Assembly: GCA_045534635.1 (NCBI GenBank)
Contig: JAZSKB010000004.1
Span: 617-64,616 of the forward strand
Length of the DNA stretch: 64,000 nucleotides
Origin: Bacteroidales bacterium
GTDB taxonomy: Bacteria > Bacteroidota > Bacteroidia > Bacteroidales > WCHB1-69
Reading direction: 5' to 3'
In this document: in pieces, positions 50,880-59,467 of the stretch
Layout of the letters: every line of letters starts with the position of its first letter
How positions within the stretch are numbered: position 1 is the first letter of the stretch
Notes under the pieces: generated by a model
What the model was told of the DNA's origin: nothing
The model's input: only the letters and a program-made list of their open reading frames with translations
Database searches by the model: none
Translations under genes and position numbers: made by a program

Positions 50880-52529
50880 ATGAAGAAATATTTCATACCA
50901 ATCAGTTCCGCCTTGTTAGCGATAGTGCTTTGCGTGAGTTGCAACAATAAGCAAGAACAAACAACAACAACAGAAGAAAAATCTATTATGCAACAAAAAG
51001 TAGAAGAATTTGCTATGGTGGATTTAACCACCGATTTAAGTCATCTTTCTGAAAATGAAAGACAAATTATCAGTATCTTTATAGATATTGCTAAAATTAT
51101 GGACGACTTGTTTTGGAAACAAGCATTTGGAGATAAAACTACATTAGATACTATCTCCGATGAATGGACAAAACGTTTTGCCCTTATCAATTATGGTGCT
51201 TGGGATAGATTAGGAGGAATGAAACCTTTTGTTGAAGGTTATGGAGAAAAACCTCTTGGTGCAAATTTCTATCCTGCTGATATGACCAAAGAAGAATTTG
51301 AATCTTTGGATAATCCTGACAAAAATAGCCTCTATACTATTATTCAACGCAATGAAAATGGAGAACTTAATGTTGTTTGGTTCAAAGATTATTACAAAGA
51401 ACAACTTACTGAAGTTTGCCAATTATTACAAAAAGCAATTGATTTATCCGAAAATGAAGGTCTTAAAAATTATTTAATTGAAAGAAAAAAGGCTTTTGAA
51501 ACAGACAATTATTTTGAAAGTGATATGGCTTGGATGGATATGAAAGAAGGACTTATTGATTTTGTAGTTGGTCCTATAGAAAATTATGAAGACCGCTTAT
51601 TTGGAACAAAAGCCGCTTACGAAGCGTTTATCCTTATCAAAGACCAACAATGGAGCAACGATTTGGCTAAATTTACAAAAATGTTGCCCGATTTACAAAA
51701 AGTATTGCCTTGCGAAGATAAATACAAACAAGAAATTCCAGGAACAGAAGCTGACTTAAATGTTTATGATGTAATTTATTATGCTGGCGATTGCAATGCT
51801 GGTAGCAAAACTATTGCTATCAATTTGCCAAACGATGAAAAAGTTCATCTAAAAAAAGGAACTCGCCGTCTTCAACTAAAAAATGCTATGAAAGCAAAAT
51901 TTGATAAAATTCTTTTACCTATTGCTGAAGTTATTTTAGACAAAGAACAATTAAACAATGTAAAATTTGATGCTTTCTTTTCTAATGTTACTTTCCACGA
52001 AGTTGCTCATGGTTTAGGTATTAAAAATACTGTTTCTGGTAAAGGTCCTGTTAGAGAAGTGCTTCAAGCCCAATATAGTGCTTGGGAAGAAGCAAAAGCC
52101 GATATTTTAGGATTATTTATGGTTCAACAACTTATAGAAAATGGTGAAATTAATAATATCACTGTTGAAGACGCTTATATTACTTTCATTGCTGGTATTT
52201 TCCGTTCTGTTCGTTTTGGAAGTTCAAGTGCTCATGGTCAAGCTAATATGATGTGTTTTAATTTCTTTGAAAAGGCAGGTGCTTTTTCTCGTAACAACGA
52301 AGGAATTTATCACATTGATGTTGAAAAAGCAAAAAACGCTATGGTTGAATGGGCTTCTTTAATTTTAAAAGTTGAAGGCGAAGGCGATTTGGAATTCGCT
52401 ACACAATACAATAAAAATAATTCCATAATCTCTGAAAACCTTAAAGCAGATTTACAAAAAATTGCAGAACGCAATATTCCTCGTGATATTTTCTTCAATC
52501 AAGGAAAAGATATTCTTAATTTAAAATAA
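50880..52529 (+). CDS. Zinc metallopeptidase lipoprotein, DPP-III (M49)-like
   Basis: Lipobox LCVSC; HEVAH zinc motif followed by WEEAKAD. Confidence 0.6.
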   Translation: MKKYFIPISSALLAIVLCVSCNNKQEQTTTTEEKSIMQQKVEEFAMVDLTTDLSHLSENERQIISIFIDIAKIMDDLFWKQAFGDKTTLDTISDEWTKRFALINYGAWDRLGGMKPFVEGYGEKPLGANFYPADMTKEEFESLDNPDKNSLYTIIQRNENGELNVVWFKDYYKEQLTEVCQLLQKAIDLSENEGLKNYLIERKKAFETDNYFESDMAWMDMKEGLIDFVVGPIENYEDRLFGTKAAYEAFILIKDQQWSNDLAKFTKMLPDLQKVLPCEDKYKQEIPGTEADLNVYDVIYYAGDCNAGSKTIAINLPNDEKVHLKKGTRRLQLKNAMKAKFDKILLPIAEVILDKEQLNNVKFDAFFSNVTFHEVAHGLGIKNTVSGKGPVREVLQAQYSAWEEAKADILGLFMVQQLIENGEINNITVEDAYITFIAGIFRSVRFGSSSAHGQANMMCFNFFEKAGAFSRNNEGIYHIDVEKAKNAMVEWASLILKVEGEGDLEFATQYNKNNSIISENLKADLQKIAERNIPRDIFFNQGKDILNLK

Positions 52530-52563
52530 AACCTTTTCTTGATTTATTAAATTATTTTAATCT

Positions 52564-52671
52564 TTACCAAGTCCTAAAAAATATTACATTTTTTAGGACT
52601 TGCTGTTTTAAAAATATCAAACAAAAAACTATATTGGTAAAATTACCCACAACATCATAATTGTATAACAT
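52564..52671 (-). pseudogene. RHS/YD-repeat gene fragment
   Basis: The reverse complement of 52636-52681 matches window positions 1-45 at 38/45 nt. The fragment translates (EII)MLYNYDVVGNFTNI... and then runs into the hairpin. Confidence 0.6.
52569..52601. terminator. 14-bp perfect hairpin (bidirectional terminator candidate)
   Basis: AAGTCCTAAAAAAT-ATTAC-ATTTTTTAGGACTT, 40 nt after the M49-like gene stop. Confidence 0.65.
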
Positions 52672-52708
52672 TATTATTTCGTTGTTAATTCTCCTAATTT
52701 CTATTCTG

Positions 52709-52716
52709 CAAAGATA
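52709..52716 (-). promoter_or_regulatory. Orphan -7 promoter box TATCTTTG facing the YD fragment
   Basis: The minus strand reads AAAAAAAGTGTTATCTTTG, the same extended sequence as the hflX and hydrolase promoters. No intact minus-strand gene lies downstream. Confidence 0.5.
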
Positions 52717-52728
52717 ACACTTTTTTTG

Positions 52729-52736
52729 TACTTTTG
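52729..52736 (+). promoter_or_regulatory. -7 promoter box TACTTTTG (island operon)
   Basis: TAnnTTTG match 58 nt upstream of ATG 52794, back-to-back with the orphan box. Confidence 0.55.
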
Positions 52737-52793
52737 CATTTGGATTTCAAAATGAAATCACTTATAGAGTCTAACATTTAAAAATTTGTAATT

Positions 52794-53444
52794 ATGACAG
52801 AAAATTTTGATTTTTTAAAGAATCCATTTAAAGGATTAACTAATGAAAACAAAGAAGAGTTTCAAAACAAATGCTCTGAAATTGCAGAAAACCTATTTAA
52901 CAATTTCTGTATTCAATGTGGTGAAAACGGAGAAGAAAAGTATTACAAGTTCGCAGAAATTGAGTTTTATTATTACAACAAGGAAAATTTAAATCAAAAA
53001 TGGAATGAAAAAACTTATCCGCGAACAAACAAAGATGCTGGAGATTTGTTTTTCCATTATAGTGGTGTAGATATTTGTTTTGACAGCAAGTTTGACAATG
53101 GTATTTTTGGCGGCATTTTGATTAGAAGCTTGAAAGACAATCAGGGGAAATATATTACAGGACCATCTGTATGTATGCTCGAAATTTTGAATGCTTGTTC
53201 AAAATCTGAAAGAATGCCAAAATTAGTTTCACCGAAAAAAGAAAAGTGTGAAATTGGAGAACCTATTGAACGATATGGCATTGAACAAAAGGATGATTTA
53301 CCATTGTGCTTCTACGACAAGAATCTATTTGAAAAATATACAAGCAAAGATAATTGTAAAGAAATATTTGAAAATGCAACTTGGGATTATGCCAAAAAGT
53401 CACCAAAGAAAAAAATAAGGTATTATAAAAGATTTTGCAAATAA
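52794..53444 (+). CDS. Hypothetical protein, possible 3-methyladenine-glycosylase (AAG/Mpg)-like fold
   Basis: 216 aa. FAEIEFYYY, LFFHYSGVDICF and GGILIRS loosely follow the I-x-E-x-E-A-Y / YVY..YG..C.N / AVLIRA pattern of the Mpg family. This is a weak by-eye match. Confidence 0.3.
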   Translation: MTENFDFLKNPFKGLTNENKEEFQNKCSEIAENLFNNFCIQCGENGEEKYYKFAEIEFYYYNKENLNQKWNEKTYPRTNKDAGDLFFHYSGVDICFDSKFDNGIFGGILIRSLKDNQGKYITGPSVCMLEILNACSKSERMPKLVSPKKEKCEIGEPIERYGIEQKDDLPLCFYDKNLFEKYTSKDNCKEIFENATWDYAKKSPKKKIRYYKRFCK

Positions 53445-53498
53445 TCACAGCCAATCGTACCAACAACAATATCCAATAACAACTAAACAAAAAACGCC

Positions 53499-53843
53499 AT
53501 GGAAACCAAAAATCTTGAAATAATATCGCCATTAATGGAAAATGCTTTTTCGGAACCAGTCTTACATAAGGTAGTATTAAGCAAGATTGATTTTGAACTT
53601 CCCGATGAAATATGGAATGCCATTAACGACGGATTCGCTTACTATTGGGATATTGAAGTTGGTTTTGGCAACTATGCGGATTTTGAAGACACATGCCGTT
53701 TCATAAACAAACATCTGGAATCTGCCAATATATTATTTCCATACGAAAAACTGGAGACTATCGTTAATATAATATATGATTTCGTCGAACAAATCCCCGA
53801 TGCTTTTTTAGATGAATCTGCTGTTGTGATACCAGTAAAGTAA
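53499..53843 (+). CDS. Hypothetical small acidic protein
   Basis: 114 aa; D/E-rich; no signal peptide; no recognisable motif. Confidence 0.5.
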   Translation: METKNLEIISPLMENAFSEPVLHKVVLSKIDFELPDEIWNAINDGFAYYWDIEVGFGNYADFEDTCRFINKHLESANILFPYEKLETIVNIIYDFVEQIPDAFLDESAVVIPVK

Positions 53844-53850
53844 GAAGAAA

Positions 53851-54828
53851 ATGAGAATTACATTCGGATTACTAATTGGAATTATTGTCTGTTTAATATC
53901 CACAAAAGCAGCAACTTGTAACGAATTTTATAAAAATAACAACTTAATAAATAAACCTATGTTTGAAATGAAAGACAAGAAACCGAGCAACGAGCAAACC
54001 GTCTATATGTCGGAACTGCTAATGGACAGATACCCCGAAACTTGCAAGAACCTGATTGCCATTCTCGAAAAGCATAATGTGAAATACTCGTTTATTAAAG
54101 GCACTAAAGATATTTGGTGCCGCGACTATATGCCAGTCCAAACCGAATCGGGAAAGTTTATCCAGTTCAGATACGACCCAAGTTATTTGAAAGGCAAAAA
54201 GGAATGGGAAGATTCGCGTTCCGATGTGAAAGAAGTTTGCCGGTTGAATAATATCAACGCTACATTTTCGGACATAAACCTCGATGGTGGAAATATTCTT
54301 ATCTGTGATGGACGAGCAATATTGTCGGACAGGATTTTCTCCGAAAATCCAAATTATGAAAAGGATTCTTTGACAAACGAGTTATCGAAACTGCTGGAAT
54401 GTAAAGAAATTATCATAATTCTTGCACTAAAATCACAAAATGAAGATTTTACAGGACACGCAGATGGAATGGTGAGATTTGTGAACAGGAACACCATTAT
54501 AGGCAACGAAAGATGCCCCAACGAGTACAAATATATGAAAGAAGGATTGCAAAAGGTTATTAATGATTACAATCTTGAGTATATCGACATTCCATTTTTT
54601 GAAGACAAAGACCGCAAACATCCTGACAGTGCAGTCGGAATATATGTGAACTATCTGGAGGTTAATGACTTGATTGTGATGCCGATATTTAATCGGGACG
54701 AGGACAATCAGGCTCTTGAAATCATAAAAAAGACATTTCCAGACAGGAAAATCGAAACAATCGACTACAGCGATGTCGCCAAGGAAGGCGGTTTGCTAAA
54801 TTGTACGACATGGGTGATTCATAACTAA
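53851..54828 (+). CDS. Agmatine/peptidyl-arginine deiminase-family (guanidino-modifying enzyme) protein with N-terminal signal sequence
   Basis: DIWCRDYMP, LDGGNI, TGHADGMVRF and C-terminal GGLLNCTTW (catalytic Cys codon 54802-54804) follow the PAD_porph/AguA motif order. Alternative starts lie at 53959 and 53968. Confidence 0.7.
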   Translation: MRITFGLLIGIIVCLISTKAATCNEFYKNNNLINKPMFEMKDKKPSNEQTVYMSELLMDRYPETCKNLIAILEKHNVKYSFIKGTKDIWCRDYMPVQTESGKFIQFRYDPSYLKGKKEWEDSRSDVKEVCRLNNINATFSDINLDGGNILICDGRAILSDRIFSENPNYEKDSLTNELSKLLECKEIIIILALKSQNEDFTGHADGMVRFVNRNTIIGNERCPNEYKYMKEGLQKVINDYNLEYIDIPFFEDKDRKHPDSAVGIYVNYLEVNDLIVMPIFNRDEDNQALEIIKKTFPDRKIETIDYSDVAKEGGLLNCTTWVIHN

Positions 54829-54853
54829 ATGATTAATTTTTAAAACTATTAAT

Positions 54854-55093
54854 ATGAAAAGAGTTGTTTTATTTTTTGTCTGCGTAACTTTGTTATCGTC
54901 TTGCCGCCAAAGCAAATCGGATATCGTGAAAGATTATATAGATGACATAAATAGTTATGACTCTAAAAAATTGAATCAGTTACTAACTGATAATTTTATG
55001 TATTATGGCAAAGATACTTTAAACAAAACTATCTATATGACAATTATGGATTATGAAAAAAATATTGGTCAAAAAGCGAGTCTCTACTTGTAA
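54854..55093 (+). CDS. Lipoprotein, truncated NTF2/SnoaL-like domain
   Basis: Lipobox LLSSC. At 79 aa it is too short for a full NTF2-like fold. The last 5 codons and the stop lie inside repeat copy G. Confidence 0.45.
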   Translation: MKRVVLFFVCVTLLSSCRQSKSDIVKDYIDDINSYDSKKLNQLLTDNFMYYGKDTLNKTIYMTIMDYEKNIGQKASLYL

Positions 55094-55299
55094 AAACCAG
55101 TGCTTTATAATAACGAGCCTCAAAACAACACACTATAAAATAGCTATTAAAACTACTGTCTATCAGGAAGTTATAAGCAATTTTTTTGGTGTGTTTTTTA
55201 TAAACTCTCATTTTTTAGCATATTGTTGTTATTCAACATTTTATACACAACAAATATTGTTCCAAAGTGGTCAATTTTTGATAAAAAAGTGAAAAAAAT
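55078..55299 (+). repeat. Dispersed intergenic repeat, copy G (segments 1-2)
   Basis: Aligns to copy B 29543-29760. Its start overlaps the 3' end of the preceding ORF. Confidence 0.9.
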
Positions 55300-55424
55300 A
55301 GAATTTTTAACTCTACTTCAAGAAAACCAATCTATTAAAAAAGAAGAAAAAGAAAATATTTTTTTTAACTATAATTGTTAACAACATTTTTTGTTTTTTT
55401 AGCGATGATTAATGATTTTTTTTC

Positions 55425-55432
55425 TATTTTTG
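55425..55432 (+). promoter_or_regulatory. -7 promoter box TATTTTTG (prs)
   Basis: TAnnTTTG match 25 nt upstream of ATG 55457. Confidence 0.55.
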
Positions 55433-55456
55433 TGAAAAATAAAAAAAGAATAAAAA

Positions 55457-56419
55457 ATGGCAGAAGTTAAGATTGTAGCAGGAAGGTGTTCGCAAGCATT
55501 GGCAGCAAAAATTGCTCAAGTGTATGGTCAAAAATTGGTTGAAGTAGAGATAATGCAATTTAGTGATGGAGAATTTCAACCATCGTATTCTGAAACATTG
55601 CGAGGTTGTGAAGTATTTATAGTTCAATCTACAATACCACCAGCAGACAACTTAATGGAGTTGCTTTATATGATAGATGCAGCCAAACGAGCATCTGCTC
55701 ATAAAATTATAGCGGTAATGCCTTATTTTGGTTGTGCTCGACAAGATAGAAAAGATAAACCAAGAGTGCCAATAGGAGCAAAATTGGTGGCTAACTTGTT
55801 AACAGCAGCAGGAGTAGATAGAATAATAACGATGGATTTGCATGCCGATCAAATACAAGGATTTTTCGATGTTCCAGTGGACCATCTTTATGCTTCAAGA
55901 ATATTTTTGCCATATTTGAAACAACGAAATTTTAAAAACCTCTGTATGGCATCTCCTGATACAGGAGGAACACGTAGAGCAGCAATGTACGCCAAATATT
56001 TAGAAGCAGATTTGGCAATAGGATATAAACAACGTCCTCGCCCTAATGTGATAGGTTCTTTGCAAATTATTGGAGATGTAAAAGATAAAGATGTTGTATT
56101 GGTTGACGATATTATAGATACAGCAGGTACTATTTGCAAAGCCGCTGCTGCTATCAAAGAATTGGGAGCTAATTCTGTACGAGCAATGTGTGTACATCCT
56201 GTATTGTCTGGAAAAGCTTACGAAAATTTAGAAAACTCTGTTTTAGAAGAAATTATCACAACAGATACTATTCCATTGAGACAAAAATGTGACAAAATTA
56301 CAGTTTTATCAGTGGACAAATTGTTTGCAACCGTTATTGGAAGTGTTATTTCAAATCGTTCTATCAATACATTATTTGATTTTGACCATTTCCTCAATCT
56401 TAATGATATTACATTGTAA
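55457..56419 (+). CDS. prs: Ribose-phosphate pyrophosphokinase
   Basis: DLHADQIQGFF and VLVDDIIDTAGT PRPP-binding motifs. Confidence 0.95.
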   Translation: MAEVKIVAGRCSQALAAKIAQVYGQKLVEVEIMQFSDGEFQPSYSETLRGCEVFIVQSTIPPADNLMELLYMIDAAKRASAHKIIAVMPYFGCARQDRKDKPRVPIGAKLVANLLTAAGVDRIITMDLHADQIQGFFDVPVDHLYASRIFLPYLKQRNFKNLCMASPDTGGTRRAAMYAKYLEADLAIGYKQRPRPNVIGSLQIIGDVKDKDVVLVDDIIDTAGTICKAAAAIKELGANSVRAMCVHPVLSGKAYENLENSVLEEIITTDTIPLRQKCDKITVLSVDKLFATVIGSVISNRSINTLFDFDHFLNLNDITL

Positions 56420-56442
56420 AACGAAATAAGGAATCTAAAAAA

Positions 56443-57396
56443 ATGAAGATAGTTGCTGTAGAATCAATAGGAATTGATGCAGTAAAATTAAAACAAATTA
56501 GTAAAACTTTTCTTGATTTAGGACACGAATTTGTTTTCTATTCTGATAGACAAGAAGATGAAAACACATTGGTGGACCGAATGAAAGATGCAGATATAGT
56601 AATAGTATCAAATATAAAATTATCAGAAAATGTTCTTTCTAAATGTCCAAAATTAAAAATGTTGTCAATCGCTTTTACAGGTGTTGACCATATTGATTTG
56701 GAATATTGTAAAAAAGCAAATATTGTAGTTTGTAATGCTTCAGGTTATGCTACCGATGCTGTAAGTGAACTTACAGTAGGTTTGATAATAGACCTTTATA
56801 GAAATATTACATTTTTAGATAATAAAACTCGTCAAGGAGGTTCTCGTAATAATTTTTTAGGAAGACAATTGCGAGATAAAGTTGTCGGTATTGTAGGTAC
56901 AGGATCCATTGGTAGTCGTACTGCTTTGTTGTTACAACAATTTGGTTGTAAAGTATTGGCTTGGAGTCGAACAGAAAAAACAGAATTGAAAGAAAAAGGA
57001 ATTCAATATGTTTCTTTAGAGGAATTGCTTTCACAATCGGATATTATTTCTTTGCATGTTCCGCTTACAGAAGAAACACAAAATCTTATCAATAAAAAAA
57101 GATTGGCAATGTGTAAATCTTCAGCGGTACTGATAAATACTGCTCGTGGAAAGGTTGTTGATATAGATGCTTTGGCAGAAGCCTTAGAAAAGAAGCATTT
57201 GGCAGGTGCTGCAATTGATGTTTTTGAAGCAGAACCTCCATTGATGCGTAATCACCCTTTGTTATCTGCTCCCAATTGTTTAGTTGTTCCTCATATTGGA
57301 TTTGCTACCATTGAATCGTTTGAAAAACGAATTGATATTGTTATAAATAATATTTTAGCCTATCTTCAAGGAAAAGTTATCAACAAGATTTTGTAA
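56443..57396 (+). CDS. D-isomer-specific 2-hydroxyacid dehydrogenase family
   Basis: GIVGTGSIGSRTA NAD-binding motif; NTARG...D and PH(I)G catalytic region. Confidence 0.85.
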   Translation: MKIVAVESIGIDAVKLKQISKTFLDLGHEFVFYSDRQEDENTLVDRMKDADIVIVSNIKLSENVLSKCPKLKMLSIAFTGVDHIDLEYCKKANIVVCNASGYATDAVSELTVGLIIDLYRNITFLDNKTRQGGSRNNFLGRQLRDKVVGIVGTGSIGSRTALLLQQFGCKVLAWSRTEKTELKEKGIQYVSLEELLSQSDIISLHVPLTEETQNLINKKRLAMCKSSAVLINTARGKVVDIDALAEALEKKHLAGAAIDVFEAEPPLMRNHPLLSAPNCLVVPHIGFATIESFEKRIDIVINNILAYLQGKVINKIL

Positions 57397-57536
57397 AAAA
57401 GTTAATTTGTAAAATGTAGGTATTCAATAGTTTATATATAATATTAACAGTTTTAACAGTTCTTATATTAACAAAAGTTGTTGATAAGTAAATTTCAATA
57501 TAGTGCAATAGATAAAAAAACTTGTAAAATATATTG

Positions 57537-57544
57537 TATCTTTG
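57537..57544 (+). promoter_or_regulatory. -7 promoter box TATCTTTG, distal to mraZ
   Basis: TAnnTTTG match 188 nt upstream of the mraZ ATG. Confidence 0.5.
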
Positions 57545-57616
57545 TCAGAGAAGAATAAGTAATATTTTTCGTGAAGTTCATTTTTTCATAAATGCCTCTA
57601 AAATAGAAGGTTAAAC

Positions 57617-57660
57617 AACGTAAACGTTTGAAATAACTATTGAGTGTTTGCGTTTTTTTT
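57617..57660 (+). terminator. Terminator-like hairpin in the mraZ upstream region
   Basis: AACGTAAAC (57617-57625) pairs with GTTTGCGTT (57646-57654), 9 bp including one G-U, followed by a T-run to 57660. Confidence 0.45.
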
Positions 57661-57670
57661 AGCCAAAGAT

Positions 57671-57707
57671 TGGGGAAAAAGTGGGAAAAATGAGTAGAAA
57701 AATGGGA
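57671..57707 (+). promoter_or_regulatory. Candidate MraZ operator: phased TGGG(G/A) repeats
   Basis: TGGGG 57671, (AAAG)TGGGA 57682, degenerate TGAGT 57691 and TGGGA 57703. Spacing is about 10-12 nt, ending 25 nt upstream of the mraZ ATG. Confidence 0.55.
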
Positions 57708-57731
57708 TTTTTGTAAAAAAATAAAATTTAA

Positions 57732-58196
57732 ATGGCACTAAAAGGAACAGTAAAAATTGATGACAGAGGGCGGTTCTTGCTACCAACCGATATTTTTCGT
57801 GAAGTCAACGAAAAAGCGGGAGGCAATTATGTTGTCAATAGAAGTACTGACAAGTGTTTGACACTTTATCCTATGCATGTGTGGAATGTTGTAAGTGCTA
57901 AATTGAGTAGAATCAATACTTTCGACCCTAAAAAAAGAGCTTTGGTGCGTTATTTTTTGGGAAGTGCTACAGAAATTAGTCTTGATAGCAAAAATAGATT
58001 GCTTGTTCCTAAAGATTTGAAAGAGTATGCAGGAATTGAAAAAGAGATACTTATCATAAAAATCAATCCTTTTATAGAGTTGTGGAATCCAGTATTGTAT
58101 GATAAACAAATGGAAGAAACTTTGAAGTTTAGTGCAGAAGATTTGTCTATAATTGCCAACGAAATTTTTAGTGATGGAAAAGAGTTCTTACCATAA
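57732..58196 (+). CDS. mraZ: Transcriptional regulator MraZ
   Basis: Two MraZ repeats (DDRGRFLLP, DSKNRLLVP). Confidence 0.95.
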   Translation: MALKGTVKIDDRGRFLLPTDIFREVNEKAGGNYVVNRSTDKCLTLYPMHVWNVVSAKLSRINTFDPKKRALVRYFLGSATEISLDSKNRLLVPKDLKEYAGIEKEILIIKINPFIELWNPVLYDKQMEETLKFSAEDLSIIANEIFSDGKEFLP

Positions 58197-59091
58197 TGCA
58201 GTATTGCTTTCGCAAAGTGTTGAAGGTTTGAATATTAAACCAGATGGCATTTATGTTGATGTTACTTTTGGAGCTGGAGGGCATTCAAGAGCAATATTGA
58301 AACAATTGAATGAAAAAGGAAAATTGTTTGCTTTCGACCAAGACGAAGATAGTTTGGCAAATCGTATAGAAGACTCTCGTTTTGTGTTGATTAACCATAA
58401 TTTTAAATATATAAAAAATTACCTTAAATTATATGGAGTAACACAAGTAGATGGTATTTTAGGAGATTTAGGTGTGTCTTCTCATCAATTTGATAGTGAA
58501 CAAAGAGGATTTTCTATTCGTTTCGATTGTGATTTGGATATGAGAATGGATGTTCGCAAAAATATGAAAGCGGCAGATATTCTCAATACTTATTCTGAAA
58601 TAGATTTGCGAAATTTATTTTATCGTTATGCGGAGGTAAATAATGCAAACAAATTAGCAAATATTATTGTTAAAGAAAGGATAAATTCTCCTTTTGGACG
58701 TTCATTGGATTTTCGTTCTCGTATAACAGAATGTATCCCCAAAGGAAAAGAAAACAAATATTTAGCTCAAGTATATCAGGCTTTGCGAATAGAAGTAAAT
58801 GAAGAATTAGAAGTATTGCAAACGCTATTGTGTCAAACACCAACATTGATAAAACCAGGTGGTCGATTGGTGATTATTTCTTATCATTCTTTGGAAGATA
58901 GATTGACCAAAATATTTATGCGAAGTGGCAATTTTGAAGACAAAATAGAAAAAGATTTTTATGGTAATATTTTGGCTCCTTTTGTTCCAATCAATCGAAA
59001 AGCAATAGTGCCAAGCGAGGAAGAATTGGCAAATAATAATCGTAGTCGTAGTGCAAAATTAAGAATTGCAGAAAGGAGAATAAATGGATAA
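58174..59091 (+). CDS. rsmH: 16S rRNA m4C1402 methyltransferase
   Basis: HNAVLL...DVTFGAGGHS motif. ATG 58174 overlaps the mraZ 3' end; the track TTG 58153 is also possible. Confidence 0.9.
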   Translation: MEKSSYHNAVLLSQSVEGLNIKPDGIYVDVTFGAGGHSRAILKQLNEKGKLFAFDQDEDSLANRIEDSRFVLINHNFKYIKNYLKLYGVTQVDGILGDLGVSSHQFDSEQRGFSIRFDCDLDMRMDVRKNMKAADILNTYSEIDLRNLFYRYAEVNNANKLANIIVKERINSPFGRSLDFRSRITECIPKGKENKYLAQVYQALRIEVNEELEVLQTLLCQTPTLIKPGGRLVIISYHSLEDRLTKIFMRSGNFEDKIEKDFYGNILAPFVPINRKAIVPSEEELANNNRSRSAKLRIAERRING

Positions 59092-59467
59092 CTCTGCTAC
59101 AATCAACAAAAAACACACAAAGTGGACATCAAAAGTAAAAAAAGAGATTCGCTATGTGATGAATGGAAAAATTTTGCAACGAATAAATTGGAAAGAAAAT
59201 TGGATATTTATTGTATATATTTTTGTTTTAATTATTATCTTAATATACAGAAATTTAAGTTATAGCAACAAAATTGACATCATCGAAAAGTACAACAAAG
59301 AAATTATGCTTTGTCGAGATAAAGCAATGGATATAAAAGAAGAAAATTATAATATCGGTTTAAGTATAGAAAAATCACTTTTGGAAATGGCAGAAGAAAA
59401 TAATTTCAATACAAGTGGCTATTTACCATTTGTGATACAACCAATAGAGAAAGGAGAAAAAGATTAA
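59084..59467 (+). CDS. ftsL: FtsL-like cell-division protein
   Basis: 127 aa with a single TM helix, in the conserved dcw position between rsmH and ftsI. Confidence 0.6.
   Translation: MDNSATINKKHTKWTSKVKKEIRYVMNGKILQRINWKENWIFIVYIFVLIIILIYRNLSYSNKIDIIEKYNKEIMLCRDKAMDIKEENYNIGLSIEKSLLEMAEENNFNTSGYLPFVIQPIEKGEKD

Noticed and set aside
57444-57461. Tandem TTAACAGTT x2 upstream of mraZ
   Set aside because: Only two short units in AT-rich spacer DNA, with no other copies seen. Probably chance.
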